From Nitrospirota bacterium (GTDB lineage: Bacteria; Nitrospirota; Thermodesulfovibrionia; SZUA-242): a stretch of 58,489 nucleotides of DNA. Positions 9,852 to 19,628 of this stretch are shown here, piece by piece. The notes beneath the pieces were generated by a model that was not told the origin of the DNA, ran no database searches, and was given only the letters and a program-made list of their open reading frames with translations. The stretch is from the NCBI GenBank assembly GCA_003235715.1, contig QJVM01000148.1, positions 1 to 58,489 on the forward strand. Direction: 5' to 3'. Both the position numbers and the translations under genes were made by a program. Each line of letters starts with the position of its first letter. The first letter of the stretch is position 1.

Positions 9852-10187
9852 CCCTTCGGGAAGACCCAGAAAATCCCCTATATTCAAGTTGTTGAATCGC
9901 TTGTTTTCACGGGGACAGGTGCGTTATTTTAACCCTTCCGGACTTGGTATCCTGACCACCCAATCCCCTGGGCAAGGGGTTGCCTCATGACGGGGGGGAG
10001 GTGTGCAATCCGGAAGAACGCCCGGCCTATTCGGGAACGGAATCAGAAAGGACGCAGAGAGCCTTGGGAGGAACAAGTGAGCCCGCTACCAGGACGATTA
10101 TTTTGAAGGGTGCACATAAGGGTTCAGTCGAACCGGAAAGGGAACCCGTCGTCCCGTAATTGGGGTTTTGTCATGTGGAGGTAAACA

Positions 10188-12617
10188 TTGGAGGATCGAT
10201 ATAAACCGCAGGAAATCGAAGCCAGGTGGCAGGCGTACTGGGAGGAGAATGAAATCTTCCGCGTCGAAAGCGAGGGTAAAGACCGGCATTATTACTGCCT
10301 GGAGATGTTTCCGTACCCTTCGGGAAAGATTCACATGGGGCACGTCCGGAACTATTCCATCGGTGACGTGATTGCCCGTTACAAGAAGATGAGAGGTTAT
10401 TCGGTTCTGCACCCCATGGGATGGGATGCCTTCGGACTTCCCGCCGAAAATGCGGCCATTCAACGGGGGATCCACCCCAAGACCTGGACGATCGAAAATA
10501 CTAATTATATGAGGGCCCAACTCAAGAAGATGGGTTTTTCTTATGACTGGAGCCGCGAAGTGACGACCTGCACTCCGGAGTATTACCGATGGAACCAGTG
10601 GTTCTTCCTCCGTATGTTCGAAAGGGGCCTCGCCTACCGCAAATCCTCTTTTGTGAACTGGTGCCATTCCTGTGGCACGGTCCTGGCGAATGAACAGGTT
10701 CTTGACGACGACCGATGCTGGCGCTGCGACAGCCGGGTGGTTCAGAAGGAACTGGATCAGTGGTTCCTGAAGATTACGGCCTATGCGGACGAATTACTCG
10801 AGGGGTGTGAGGTTCTGACCGGCTGGCCCGAGCGCGTGACCACGATGCAGCGCAACTGGATTGGCAAGAGCGAAGGGGTTGAAGTGGATTTTCCGGTCGA
10901 GGGTCTGGACGAACCTCTGCGAATTTTTACGACCCGCCCGGATACCTTGTTTGGGGTAACGTTCATGTCCATGGCGGCCAATCATCCCTTGGCCTCAGTC
11001 CTTACCGGGGACAAGGCGGGACTTCAGCGTGTTCGGGAATGCTACGGCGATATTCAGGCCAAGGAAGGCGTCTTCACCGGACATTATGCGAGAAATCCGC
11101 TCACGGGGGAGAGAGTCCCGATCTGGGTGGCCAATTTTGTCCTCATGGAATACGGAACGGGAGCCGTAATGGCTGTGCCAGCACACGACCAGCGAGACTT
11201 TGAATTCGGAAGAAAATACGGAATCGATGTCAAGGTGGTCATCCAACCGGAAGGGGAGGTTCTTGCGCCAGCCACCATGACCGAGGCTTACGTGGATCCC
11301 GGCATCCTGGTGAATTCGTCTGATTTTTCGGGACTCGGGTCTGAGGAGGCAAAGGGCCGCATTATGGACCATATCGAAGGGCAGGGTCTTGGCCGACGGA
11401 AGCTCAATTACCGCCTTCGAGACTGGGGTGTGTCCCGCCAGCGGTACTGGGGGACACCCATTCCCATTGTGTACTGTGATACCTGCGGGACCGTGCCTGT
11501 TCCAGATGAGCAACTACCGGTGCTTCTACCGGAAGACGTCGATCTGACCGGTGGGGGGTCGTCACCGCTTGCCCGACATGAGGCCTTTGTGAGGGTCAAT
11601 TGTCCGGTTTGCGCGAAGCCCGCCAGAAGGGAAACCGATACCATGGACACCTTCGTGGATTCGTCCTGGTATTTTCTGCGGTATACCGGTCAGCCGTCGG
11701 ACCGTCCGCTGGATTCGACCCAGGTGAGCCGCTGGCTTCCGGTCGATCAGTACATCGGTGGTATCGAACATGCCGTGCTCCATCTGCTCTATTCGAGATT
11801 TTTTACAAGAGTGGTCCGTGACATCGGGCTGATGGAGGTCGACGAACCGTTCCGGAATCTCCTGACCCAGGGAATGGTCATCAAGGACGGGGCCAAGATG
11901 TCCAAATCCAAGGGGAATGTTGTGGATCCGGACCACCTTGTTGGACACTACGGTGCCGATACGGCCAGACTTTTTGCCCTCTTTGCGGCTCCTCCGGAAA
12001 AGGACCTCGAGTGGTCGGACAAGGGCGTCGAAGGAGCCCACCGGTTTCTTCACCGGGTCTGGGCCCTGGTGTTCAGGCATAGCGGGAACAGCGGCGAATT
12101 CGAGCCCGGGGCCCTGGAGGGCGCAGGTCGTGCCATTTTCAGAAAGACCCACCAGACCATCAAGAAGGTGACCCTGGATATTGACCGGGATTTTCACTTC
12201 AACACGGCTATCGCGGCTTTGATGGAGTTGACCAACGACCTGACCAATTTTTCACCGGCCACGGCCCCGGATCGGGGGGTCATGAGGTTCGCCCTCGAAC
12301 GTCTGATCCTTATGCTTTCCCCCTTTGCGCCCCATATTGCGGAAGAACTCTGGGGTGGGTTGGGAACGGCCCGAACCTCTGTTTCGCAGGCTCCGTGGCC
12401 CTCCTGGGACGAGGAGGCCGCCCGGGAGGATGAGATCGAACTGGTGGTTCAGATCAACGGCAAGGTCAGGGCCCGGGCGATGGTCCCGGCGGAAACAACG
12501 GAAGAGACGCTCAAGTCCATCGCTCTGTCCCAGGAGAAGGTGGTGGAAGCTCTGCGGGGTAAACCTCCGAGAAGGGTGATCGTGGTGAAGGGACGCCTTG
12601 TCAACGTGGTCGTATGA
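10188..12617 (+). CDS. leuS: Leucine--tRNA ligase
   Basis: 809 aa with the HIGH-type motif [13 protein letters not shown] and the KMSKS motif ([10 protein letters not shown]); CP1 editing region present. TTG start. Confidence 0.97.
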   Translation: MEDRYKPQEIEARWQAYWEENEIFRVESEGKDRHYYCLEMFPYPSGKIHMGHVRNYSIGDVIARYKKMRGYSVLHPMGWDAFGLPAENAAIQRGIHPKTWTIENTNYMRAQLKKMGFSYDWSREVTTCTPEYYRWNQWFFLRMFERGLAYRKSSFVNWCHSCGTVLANEQVLDDDRCWRCDSRVVQKELDQWFLKITAYADELLEGCEVLTGWPERVTTMQRNWIGKSEGVEVDFPVEGLDEPLRIFTTRPDTLFGVTFMSMAANHPLASVLTGDKAGLQRVRECYGDIQAKEGVFTGHYARNPLTGERVPIWVANFVLMEYGTGAVMAVPAHDQRDFEFGRKYGIDVKVVIQPEGEVLAPATMTEAYVDPGILVNSSDFSGLGSEEAKGRIMDHIEGQGLGRRKLNYRLRDWGVSRQRYWGTPIPIVYCDTCGTVPVPDEQLPVLLPEDVDLTGGGSSPLARHEAFVRVNCPVCAKPARRETDTMDTFVDSSWYFLRYTGQPSDRPLDSTQVSRWLPVDQYIGGIEHAVLHLLYSRFFTRVVRDIGLMEVDEPFRNLLTQGMVIKDGAKMSKSKGNVVDPDHLVGHYGADTARLFALFAAPPEKDLEWSDKGVEGAHRFLHRVWALVFRHSGNSGEFEPGALEGAGRAIFRKTHQTIKKVTLDIDRDFHFNTAIAALMELTNDLTNFSPATAPDRGVMRFALERLILMLSPFAPHIAEELWGGLGTARTSVSQAPWPSWDEEAAREDEIELVVQINGKVRARAMVPAETTEETLKSIALSQEKVVEALRGKPPRRVIVVKGRLVNVVV

Positions 12618-13126
12618 ACCGGGCATTCGGTCGTGCGATCGTCTTGTTCCTGCTTGTGCCCCTTTCCTCGTGTGGTTACCATGTGCTCTCTGCGCGGGAA
12701 TCGCTCGACTTCGAACGCCTGCACGTGGCACCCGTGGCCAACCGGACGCGGGAGCCGGGGCTGGAGGACCTGCTTCACCGGGCACTGGTTCAGGAACTCG
12801 CGCGGGACCGGCGGGTCAGGCTTGTGGAGCGTGATTTGGCCGAAGTCATCCTGGAAACCTCGGTCGTTCGTTTTGATCTGTTTCCCACGGTGGAGGCGGC
12901 TGGCCTTGCGGTAGAGTATGAGGTCGAAATGGATGCGGATTTCAAACTCCTCAGGCCGGAAACCGGGGAGGTTCTCCTCGACATTGGAGGCCTCGGGGCA
13001 CCTATACGGGCCTCGTTCCCGGCGGGTGACGGAGCCCTCGAGACGAGAGGCGCGCAGGAAAAGGCGGAACTCGAGGCCGCGGCGGCGGTGGCGCGGGAAC
13101 TGGCCAGGCGCTTGCTGCTGCAATGA
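12614..13126 (+). CDS. lptE: LPS-assembly lipoprotein LptE
   Basis: 170 aa with lipobox LSSCGYH, in the conserved leuS-lptE-holA position. Overlaps the leuS stop (ATGA). Confidence 0.7.
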   Translation: MNRAFGRAIVLFLLVPLSSCGYHVLSARESLDFERLHVAPVANRTREPGLEDLLHRALVQELARDRRVRLVERDLAEVILETSVVRFDLFPTVEAAGLAVEYEVEMDADFKLLRPETGEVLLDIGGLGAPIRASFPAGDGALETRGAQEKAELEAAAAVARELARRLLLQ

Positions 13127-13178
13127 CTTTGCGTCTGGACCTGGGACCAAGTTGAAGCGCCGGAAAGGGTAACGGGCT

Positions 13179-14066
13179 TTGGGAGAGAAACGGTTCAATG
13201 TCGAGAGGGAGAAAGGGTTTCCCGCAGCCGTTTATCTGTTTCACGGGGTAAGCTTTCTCGTGGAGGAGGCCTCAGCCGAGGTCTTTGGTCACTTCTTCCC
13301 CGAGGGGCTGGACGACTTCAATTGTACGGTGTTTCACGCCACCACGGACCGGGCCGAAGACATTGTGAATACGGCCGGAACCCTTCCGTTCATGGCCCCC
13401 CGGAGGGTGGTGCTCGTAAAGGAAGCCGGGGCGTTCAAAGCCGCCGACAAGAAAGTTTTCGAGCATTACCTCGGGAACCCTTCCCCCCAGACCTGCCTCG
13501 TCTTTATCACGGGGACCTTCGACAAGCGCAGCGCGTTTCTCAAGCTGTTGATGGACTCCGGTTGTATTTCACTTCAGTTTTCTGTTCCCGAAACCCAGGT
13601 ACCCCTGTGGGTCCGTCAGCGTGCGGCCAACCTGGGCATTCGCCTGTCCGCAGATGCAGAAAGGTTGCTCCTGGATCTGGTGGGGCCGGATGTGGCCCTG
13701 ATCGTCAAGGAACTCGAGAAACTCTCGCTGGTGGGGCCCAAGGAGGTGGGTGTGGCCGAGGTGGAATCAGCCGTCGGGCACGTGAGAGAGTACACCCCGT
13801 TTGCGATTGTGGAGGCCATCCGAAAGCGCAACGCAGAAAGGGCCCTCCGGATCATGAAGGCGTTGCGGGAATCTGGGCAGGATGCGGTATCCCTCCTTGG
13901 GATCATAGGCTGGCACTACCGTCAGGTTCTGAAGCGAGAAGCGCAGACCCGGGGGGGGGCGGAGATATTCGAAGCCCTGCACCGCGCTGATGTCGAACTT
14001 AAGACCACGGGAAAGCCTGAGTGGATTGTCCTTGAGACCCTGCTTTTTAGGCTTATTGGTGCATGA
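13179..14066 (+). CDS. holA: DNA polymerase III subunit delta
   Basis: AVYLFHG...LPFMAPRRVVLVKEA N-terminal domain; synteny after lptE. TTG start, so the exact start is uncertain. Confidence 0.8.
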   Translation: MGEKRFNVEREKGFPAAVYLFHGVSFLVEEASAEVFGHFFPEGLDDFNCTVFHATTDRAEDIVNTAGTLPFMAPRRVVLVKEAGAFKAADKKVFEHYLGNPSPQTCLVFITGTFDKRSAFLKLLMDSGCISLQFSVPETQVPLWVRQRAANLGIRLSADAERLLLDLVGPDVALIVKELEKLSLVGPKEVGVAEVESAVGHVREYTPFAIVEAIRKRNAERALRIMKALRESGQDAVSLLGIIGWHYRQVLKREAQTRGGAEIFEALHRADVELKTTGKPEWIVLETLLFRLIGA

Positions 14067-14200
14067 ACCGGGCTCTCCCGCCACGATTGGGGGGGGACGC
14101 ATGAAAAGAAAAGGCCCCGATGGAGACCATCGGGGCCTTGCTGTGCCATTCGATTCTGCGGAAAGACCGTTGGAACTCGCCAGAGATCGAAGCGAAAACT

Positions 14201-14494
14201 CTACGCTGTAACCGCCGCAGACTTGTTCAGTCTGCGCGTAAGCCGCGAAATCCTTCTCGCGGCGGTTCGTTTGTGAAGAACTCCCTTTGCCGCAGCCTTG
14301 GCAATGGTCTGAGCGGCCAGAAGGACCTTCTCCCTGGCTTCATCGATATTCCCGGAGGCGATTCCGGAGTCTGCCCGCTTGGTGGCGGTTTTTACTGTAG
14401 ATTTCACGTGAGCGTTCCGCATCCGTCTTTTCTCGGTCTGACGGACACGCTTCATGGCTGACGGATTGCGCTTGGTGGCCGGTTTTGTACCCAA
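14201..14494 (-). CDS. rpsT: 30S ribosomal protein S20
   Basis: KRNPSAMKRVRQTEKRRMRNAHVKSTVKTATKR...AAAKGVLHKRTAARRISRL is a typical S20 sequence. Confidence 0.9.
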   Translation of the reverse strand: MGTKPATKRNPSAMKRVRQTEKRRMRNAHVKSTVKTATKRADSGIASGNIDEAREKVLLAAQTIAKAAAKGVLHKRTAARRISRLTRRLNKSAAVTA

Positions 14495-15157
14495 CGACTA
14501 TACCTCCTGGAGTATTGGCCCGCATCAACGCGGACCTTCGATACGGTTAAAAACAGCTAAGCTTCTGCTTACAAGACAGAATTTATAGCAGCATCCACCT
14601 TCAAAAGTCAATCAAAAGACGGTCCATAACCACAGGGAGCGGCCATCCGTATCCGTAAGCCCCGGAGGTCCCGTCTCCAGGCTTCGGGAGAGCTCCGTGA
14701 ATTCAAGCCGGAGTCGGTAATTGCCGATGGGAAAAAGGATTTCCCGCGCGGTATCGCAGCACGAACTGTCTTTCAGAATCCCTGACCGGGGGAGCACCAA
14801 TCCGGCGCCCGAACACCCAAGAAGCGGGAGTGGGCTCGTGCCAGCGAGGGTTTTTTCCCGATGGGATGGAGCATTCCCGGGGCACGTTTGCTTGGAGAGC
14901 CCGTGAAGGTTTCGCGGGGCGGACGCATTGTTTCTTCAACGACAGGGGATTCTTGAGAGGCCATGAGGAGAGAAACACCCTTCTCTGGCCATGCCCCGAT
15001 CGTCTGCTTTCGGTACCCCGCTTGCGGAATTTTTTGTGTGTGATATCGGCAAGCACAACTCGCTGGCTCGGCAAAATGGCCGACCGGGCGGGCGGCGTTT
15101 GCGGAACTCATCGGCTCTGGAAGCCGGCCCTCGGAACCGGGGAGAAATGAGGATTTT

Positions 15158-16240
15158 GTGATGCGGCCCGAGCTCGAAAACCTTCAACGCGACTTTCAGG
15201 ATAACGTCGTCGAGGGCGTCATGTCTGAAGTCATGCTTGAAATTCTGGGCTCCGATGTCGTTACCGGGAAGGAATTCCTCAAGATTCTCACCCGGTTGAG
15301 TGAACTCGCCAAAGGTTTCATTGATACGGGGCGCTTCGAAGAAACGCTGCTCATCTATAACACCCTCTACACCCATTCCTTGGGAGGGCGGTTCAAAAGC
15401 GAGGCCCTGAACACGATCGAATACTTTTTTCATTCTCAAGATTTTACCGAACGTTTCATCCGTGCCCTCAGGGCCTGGGGCCTAAAGAACCGTGACGGGG
15501 CTGCCCGTCTGAGCCGGCCGCTCCGGAAGAGTCTCATGGGGCCTCTTCTTGCCGTGGCCCTCGATGAGGAGGATGAGAATGCCCGGAAGTTGTTTCTGTC
15601 GCTTCTCGTGGCCATGGGCCGAGACCTTATTCCTGTTGTCATGAAAGCGCTCCATTCCGACGATGCGGGGCGGGTTCGTATGCTTCTGTACCTCGTCAGG
15701 AAATGCGGGACGGATTCCGACCTTTCGGTCGTGCGAACCCTTCTGGGCCACAAGAACCAGCGGATCGGAACCGCGGCCGTGAGAACCCTGCTCCATTTCA
15801 AGACCAAGGATTCCCTTCCATATCTGAAAATTTACCTCGAATCCAGGGAACCGGAAGTCCGTCTTGAAGCGATTGAACTGGCCGGACTCTACCGACTGAA
15901 GGAAACTGTTCCCGCGGTCGAGGGCATCCTCGACCGAAAGGATCTCCTCGGTACGGCCCATGCTGAAAAGGTTGCGGCCGTTAGAGCGCTCGGACGGATG
16001 GGAGACATATCCATACTGGACCGATTCTCCAGAATTCTCGAAACCAGGAGTCTCATCAGCAAGGGAAAACTTGAAGATCTCAAGCTGGAAATCTTCCGTA
16101 GCCTGAGAAACTTTCCTCCGGAGGACGTGGAGCCCTTGCTGCGTCTCGGCGTGTGGTCGGATAACCAGGAAATGAAAGCCATCAGTGCGGAAATCATGGG
16201 CAAACTGTACGGCGCAGGGGAGACGCCTGTCGATGCCTGA
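15158..16240 (+). CDS. HEAT-repeat (PBS-lyase-type) domain protein
   Basis: Repeated helical units of the form VR..A...LG..G (RVRMLLYLVRKCG, GTAAVRTLLHF, EVRLEAIELAGLY, KVAAVRALGRMGD). No enzymatic motif seen. Confidence 0.7.
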   Translation: MMRPELENLQRDFQDNVVEGVMSEVMLEILGSDVVTGKEFLKILTRLSELAKGFIDTGRFEETLLIYNTLYTHSLGGRFKSEALNTIEYFFHSQDFTERFIRALRAWGLKNRDGAARLSRPLRKSLMGPLLAVALDEEDENARKLFLSLLVAMGRDLIPVVMKALHSDDAGRVRMLLYLVRKCGTDSDLSVVRTLLGHKNQRIGTAAVRTLLHFKTKDSLPYLKIYLESREPEVRLEAIELAGLYRLKETVPAVEGILDRKDLLGTAHAEKVAAVRALGRMGDISILDRFSRILETRSLISKGKLEDLKLEIFRSLRNFPPEDVEPLLRLGVWSDNQEMKAISAEIMGKLYGAGETPVDA

Positions 16241-17333
16241 GCGGATCGCCGCCATCATATCGGACCTCATGGGGGCGGCCTCCAATGCCGCCCTGCATTC
16301 AAAGGAACATCCGAGTGTGGAAGACTTCTGCAAGAAGGCGCTTCTGGGTCTGGAGCCGTTTTTTTCAAGCGGCGCAGCCAGCTTTGCCATTACGGGATAT
16401 ACCCTGCGTTTCAACGATTTTCTCACGTTGTCCCAGAAGAGCCTTGTGGTCGGAACTTTTGTCGACAAGCTGAGGCGGAAAGGCATCGGCAAGGTCACGA
16501 TCCGCAAGGGGGTTACGACGACGGAGCTGGCGGCATTCGTGGCCGACCTCCTCCCCTCGGAAAGGACTCCTCGGTCTTCACCCCGGATTTTCGTCGAGCA
16601 AACCTCTTCGACCAGAACGGCCGGGACGCCGGAGATCCTTGGTGAAATGCTCCCCGCGGCGGTCCGCATCGTGAAAGAAGCCCACCGAAAGGTGCTCAAG
16701 GCCGAACCTGTTGACCTCGATGACCTCGAAGGCCTGGTGGTCCGGTTCATTCACCTCCTCGGACAACCGCAAAGCATTCTGGATGTCGTGAAACCCCACC
16801 GTGCCAATCAGGATTACAGTTATGTTCATGCGGTCCGGGTATCGCTCCTTGCCATTGACCTTGCTCGCGCAATCGGTATGGAAGGAGACCCTCTTCACCA
16901 GGTGGGGTTAGCCGGACTGTTATTTGATGTGGGCCGTCTCTTCATCCCGCATGAGGTGCTCAACAAGACAGGTGACCTTGATGAAAGGGAACGGGCGACC
17001 ATCCAGCAGCATCCCCTGTATGGCGCCATGTACCTGGCTGCTCTGGAAGATATTCCCAAACTTGCGGTGATCGCGGCTTTTGAGCATCATATGAAATTCG
17101 ACGGCACAGGTTACCCGGATACGCGGTGGAGGGATCGGCATCAGCATATTGTGAGTCAGATTGTGTCCCTAACCGATTTCTTTGATGCGCTCCGGGCTCA
17201 GCAGCCGTATCGCAAGGCCTATGCCATTCCATTGATTGTGAAAAAGATGCAGGAGGGTGCCCGAAAGGAATTTAATCCCGTTTTGGTCCAGGAGTTTACC
17301 GGCAGGTTGGACCGCCTCGGTCTTCTTCGGTGA
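16233..17333 (+). CDS. HD-GYP domain phosphodiesterase (c-di-GMP-specific type)
   Basis: HAVRVS...LFDVGR (HD) and EHHMKFDGTGYPD (HHxxxDGxGYP). The start ATG overlaps the upstream stop (ATGCCTGA), which indicates translational coupling. Confidence 0.85.
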   Translation: MPERIAAIISDLMGAASNAALHSKEHPSVEDFCKKALLGLEPFFSSGAASFAITGYTLRFNDFLTLSQKSLVVGTFVDKLRRKGIGKVTIRKGVTTTELAAFVADLLPSERTPRSSPRIFVEQTSSTRTAGTPEILGEMLPAAVRIVKEAHRKVLKAEPVDLDDLEGLVVRFIHLLGQPQSILDVVKPHRANQDYSYVHAVRVSLLAIDLARAIGMEGDPLHQVGLAGLLFDVGRLFIPHEVLNKTGDLDERERATIQQHPLYGAMYLAALEDIPKLAVIAAFEHHMKFDGTGYPDTRWRDRHQHIVSQIVSLTDFFDALRAQQPYRKAYAIPLIVKKMQEGARKEFNPVLVQEFTGRLDRLGLLR

Positions 17334-17357
17334 GAGGCGAGCCGGGAGGGGAGAAAC

Positions 17358-17555
17358 ATGGAAGATACTGCGAAACTCAAACATCTTGTGGAACACTGGT
17401 TCCAACACAACGACCAACATGCCCGAACCTTCGACGAGTGGGCAGAGCGCATGAAGGCGGCCGGTCGGGACGATGTGGCGGTGGAACTGTCACACCTTTC
17501 CCGGGCCACGAGGCAATTGGATGATGTTCTGAAGCGTCTGGAAAGACTGCTCTGA
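17358..17555 (+). CDS. Small helical hypothetical protein (65 aa)
   Basis: GGGAGGGGAG RBS 5 nt before the ATG and 24 nt after the HD-GYP stop. Amphipathic helical sequence; no family recognised. Confidence 0.45.
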   Translation: MEDTAKLKHLVEHWFQHNDQHARTFDEWAERMKAAGRDDVAVELSHLSRATRQLDDVLKRLERLL

Positions 17556-17685
17556 CGGATTTTCCTGCGTCGCGTCTCCGCGCGGCCTCCGGTCGATTTT
17601 CAATCCGACCGTTAGATTCTTAAGGGAGCGGGCCGAGAGTCTGGTCAACCCTGTCCGCTGATTGAATACAGGGGGACGGTGACCC

Positions 17686-18357
17686 TTAATCGTAGAGTGG
17701 AGTGCTGTGCAGATCCAGCATCTCCACTCCCGGAAGATATTCCTTGATGCAGACGTCCTGGAGGTTCTGGAGCCGGTTGGCCACTTCGTGAATTCTCCGG
17801 GCGGTTTTCTCGATGATCTGGAGACGCGTGCGGATTGTTGCGGAATCGGTGAGCGTCCGTACATCTTCAGCCAGGAGTTCCAGGGTGGGAAAGAGCACTG
17901 CAAGGGGATTGTTGATCTCGTGACCCAGGGTGGCCGATATCAGCAGTGCGGCCTTTTCCCGCTGGAGCCTAGAAACATCTTCTTCCAGGCTGAGGAGCCG
18001 TTCTCCTACCCGAAGCCGGGCCTTGAGTTCCACGGGCTCGAAAGGCTTGAGCACGTAGTCGTCCGCGCCGGCGTCCAGCCCTTCGACTACGTCATCCGCC
18101 CGCGACTGGGCGGTAAGCAGGATAATGTACACATAGGGCGAATGTTTTCGTTCACGGATGCCGCGGACCACCTTCAGACCATCCATGCGGGGCATGACGA
18201 GGTCCAGTATGGCCAATTGAGGGGCGTCCGGTCTGTAAAGTTCCTTCCAGGCTTCCACCCCGTCTGAAACGGAAACAACCTCGTACCCTGCTTCGAGCAG
18301 GGTGCTTTCAAGGAGTTTTCGCGAGGTGAGGTTGTCCTCTGCAATGAGTACTTTCAT
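17686..18357 (-). CDS. Response-regulator receiver fused to a HisKA/DHp phosphoacceptor domain, with no ATPase domain
   Basis: REC: KVLIAEDN...LAILDLVMPRMDG...LTA...KPF. An H-box (LGHEINNPLAV) follows a coiled coil, and the protein ends about 70 aa after it. The start is set at the internal Met (MKVLIAED). Confidence 0.85.
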   Translation of the reverse strand: MKVLIAEDNLTSRKLLESTLLEAGYEVVSVSDGVEAWKELYRPDAPQLAILDLVMPRMDGLKVVRGIRERKHSPYVYIILLTAQSRADDVVEGLDAGADDYVLKPFEPVELKARLRVGERLLSLEEDVSRLQREKAALLISATLGHEINNPLAVLFPTLELLAEDVRTLTDSATIRTRLQIIEKTARRIHEVANRLQNLQDVCIKEYLPGVEMLDLHSTPLYD

Positions 18358-18509
18358 CGGGGGAGAAGATTCAGTCCTGGGTCTCACCGCGAGGAATCCG
18401 ATGCGGCTCCGATACCTCCAGTTCTGCTCCTTATCGGCGGAACGGGCTGAAAGTGTAAAACCCGGGGTCCGCCCTCAGGCACGGTCTCAGCGGCGCCTGT
18501 CGACCGCGT

Positions 18510-19310
18510 TCATTTTTCATATTTCTCCCGCCGCCAGCGAAAGGGAAGATCTACGATGGTGCCCGGGACATCCACCGTATAAAGGGCATCGAAGGCTTTC
18601 TCGAGAACGGCTCGGTGCTGGGCGGGTCTGAAGGGTTCTCCGAGAGGATGACCGAAAGGCCAGCGCAGGAACACCGTTCGCGGAGGTTTGACCTTCTCCG
18701 AATATTTCCGCACGATGGAGATTCCAATGGTCGGGATGCCGGCCTTCTCAATCTCACGCTGAACCAGTCCCACGGACTGGTTGCATATGGCTCAACCCGG
18801 GGTCAGGAGGACCAGATCGACCCGGTCTTTCCTGAGATTCTGAACCACTTCCGGGGCCGACCGGTTGATCAGGGTCACGATATGGGGACCGTCGATGTGC
18901 CCCATGAAGCCGTAATGGGTTTCGGCCAGCCCCCCCAGGGTCCCTTCATCAACCATTTCCCTCAAACGGTCCAGAGGGAAAACAATATTCATGTCCCGGT
19001 CCGCGTCCGCATGGTCGTAGTAATCATGAGTAATCATGAGGTGGTCAAGGGAGACCCGGCCGTCGATACGGCGGAAGGAGGGGTCACCGTGGGGGTCATT
19101 CATGTTGAAAGGGGTCTGGTCTTTCTGGTGTACGCCAGCCGTGGTGACGAGGCTCAGGACGGATTGGTTCAGGGGCTTTGAGACCGGTGTCCAGGGAACC
19201 CCCTCCGTTTCCCAGGGCTGGTAGGCGTCGATGAATCTATTTGCCAGGGATGGGAACCTCGTAATAATCTTGGCAATGAGCATGTTCTTGAAGCGGGAAT
19301 GAGAAGCCAT
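18510..19310 (-). CDS. GrdB-family (glycine/sarcosine/betaine reductase component B-like) selenoprotein; Sec encoded by the in-frame TGA at 18792-18794
   Basis: ORFs 18792..19310 and 18510..18773 share strand and frame. Joined, they read ...RVDLVLLTPG-U-AICNQSVGLVQREIEKAGIPTIGISIV.... A SECIS-like hairpin lies 9 nt after the UGA. Confidence 0.75.
18762..18782 (-). promoter_or_regulatory. SECIS-like stem-loop for the GrdB-family gene
   Basis: The RNA AACCAGUC-CGUGG-GACUGGUU forms a perfect 8-bp stem with a 5-nt loop containing GUG. It starts 9 nt 3' of the UGA. Confidence 0.6.
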
Positions 19311-19628
19311 GCAAATCTCCTGTTCAAGGGCGGGGTCCCCCCCAGGGACCGGCCAGAGCCCGAAAGTGCGTTCTTGTGCGCCCCCCTGTCTCAGAGGCGC
19401 CGAGGGGAATGCAGCCGGACCCGGACTCCCAATTTCCGGGCCTTCTGACCACCTATTGTAGCGGACCCGGGCATGGGTGAAGGCTCAGGAAGGGAGGGGA
19501 CATCCTGTGCGCCGGTCACCCAGGGGCAGGGAAACAAAGCCCCCGGGGGGGCGAAGTGGCCAGTCTGTACATGGTTTCCATGCACAACGTATATTAAACT
19601 CCATGAGTCTTTGTGTTCCTGAGATCCA

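Noticed and set aside
9931-9970. A T-box-like core (GGGTGGTCAGG, compare GGGUGGUACC) upstream of leuS.
   Set aside because: The motif is on the minus strand, antisense to leuS. The match is partial, and I could not find a specifier loop or an antiterminator/terminator pair.
14495-15157. RNase P RNA, tmRNA, 6S, SRP RNA or a cobalamin riboswitch as the identity of the large gap.
   Set aside because: None of the following was found on either strand: GAGGAAAGUCCGGGC or ACAGAACCCGGCUUA (RNase P), a GGGG...UUCGAC 5' end or UCCACCA 3' end (tmRNA), a GGAA-tetraloop helix 8 (SRP), or a B12 box. The region is kept only as an unassigned candidate.
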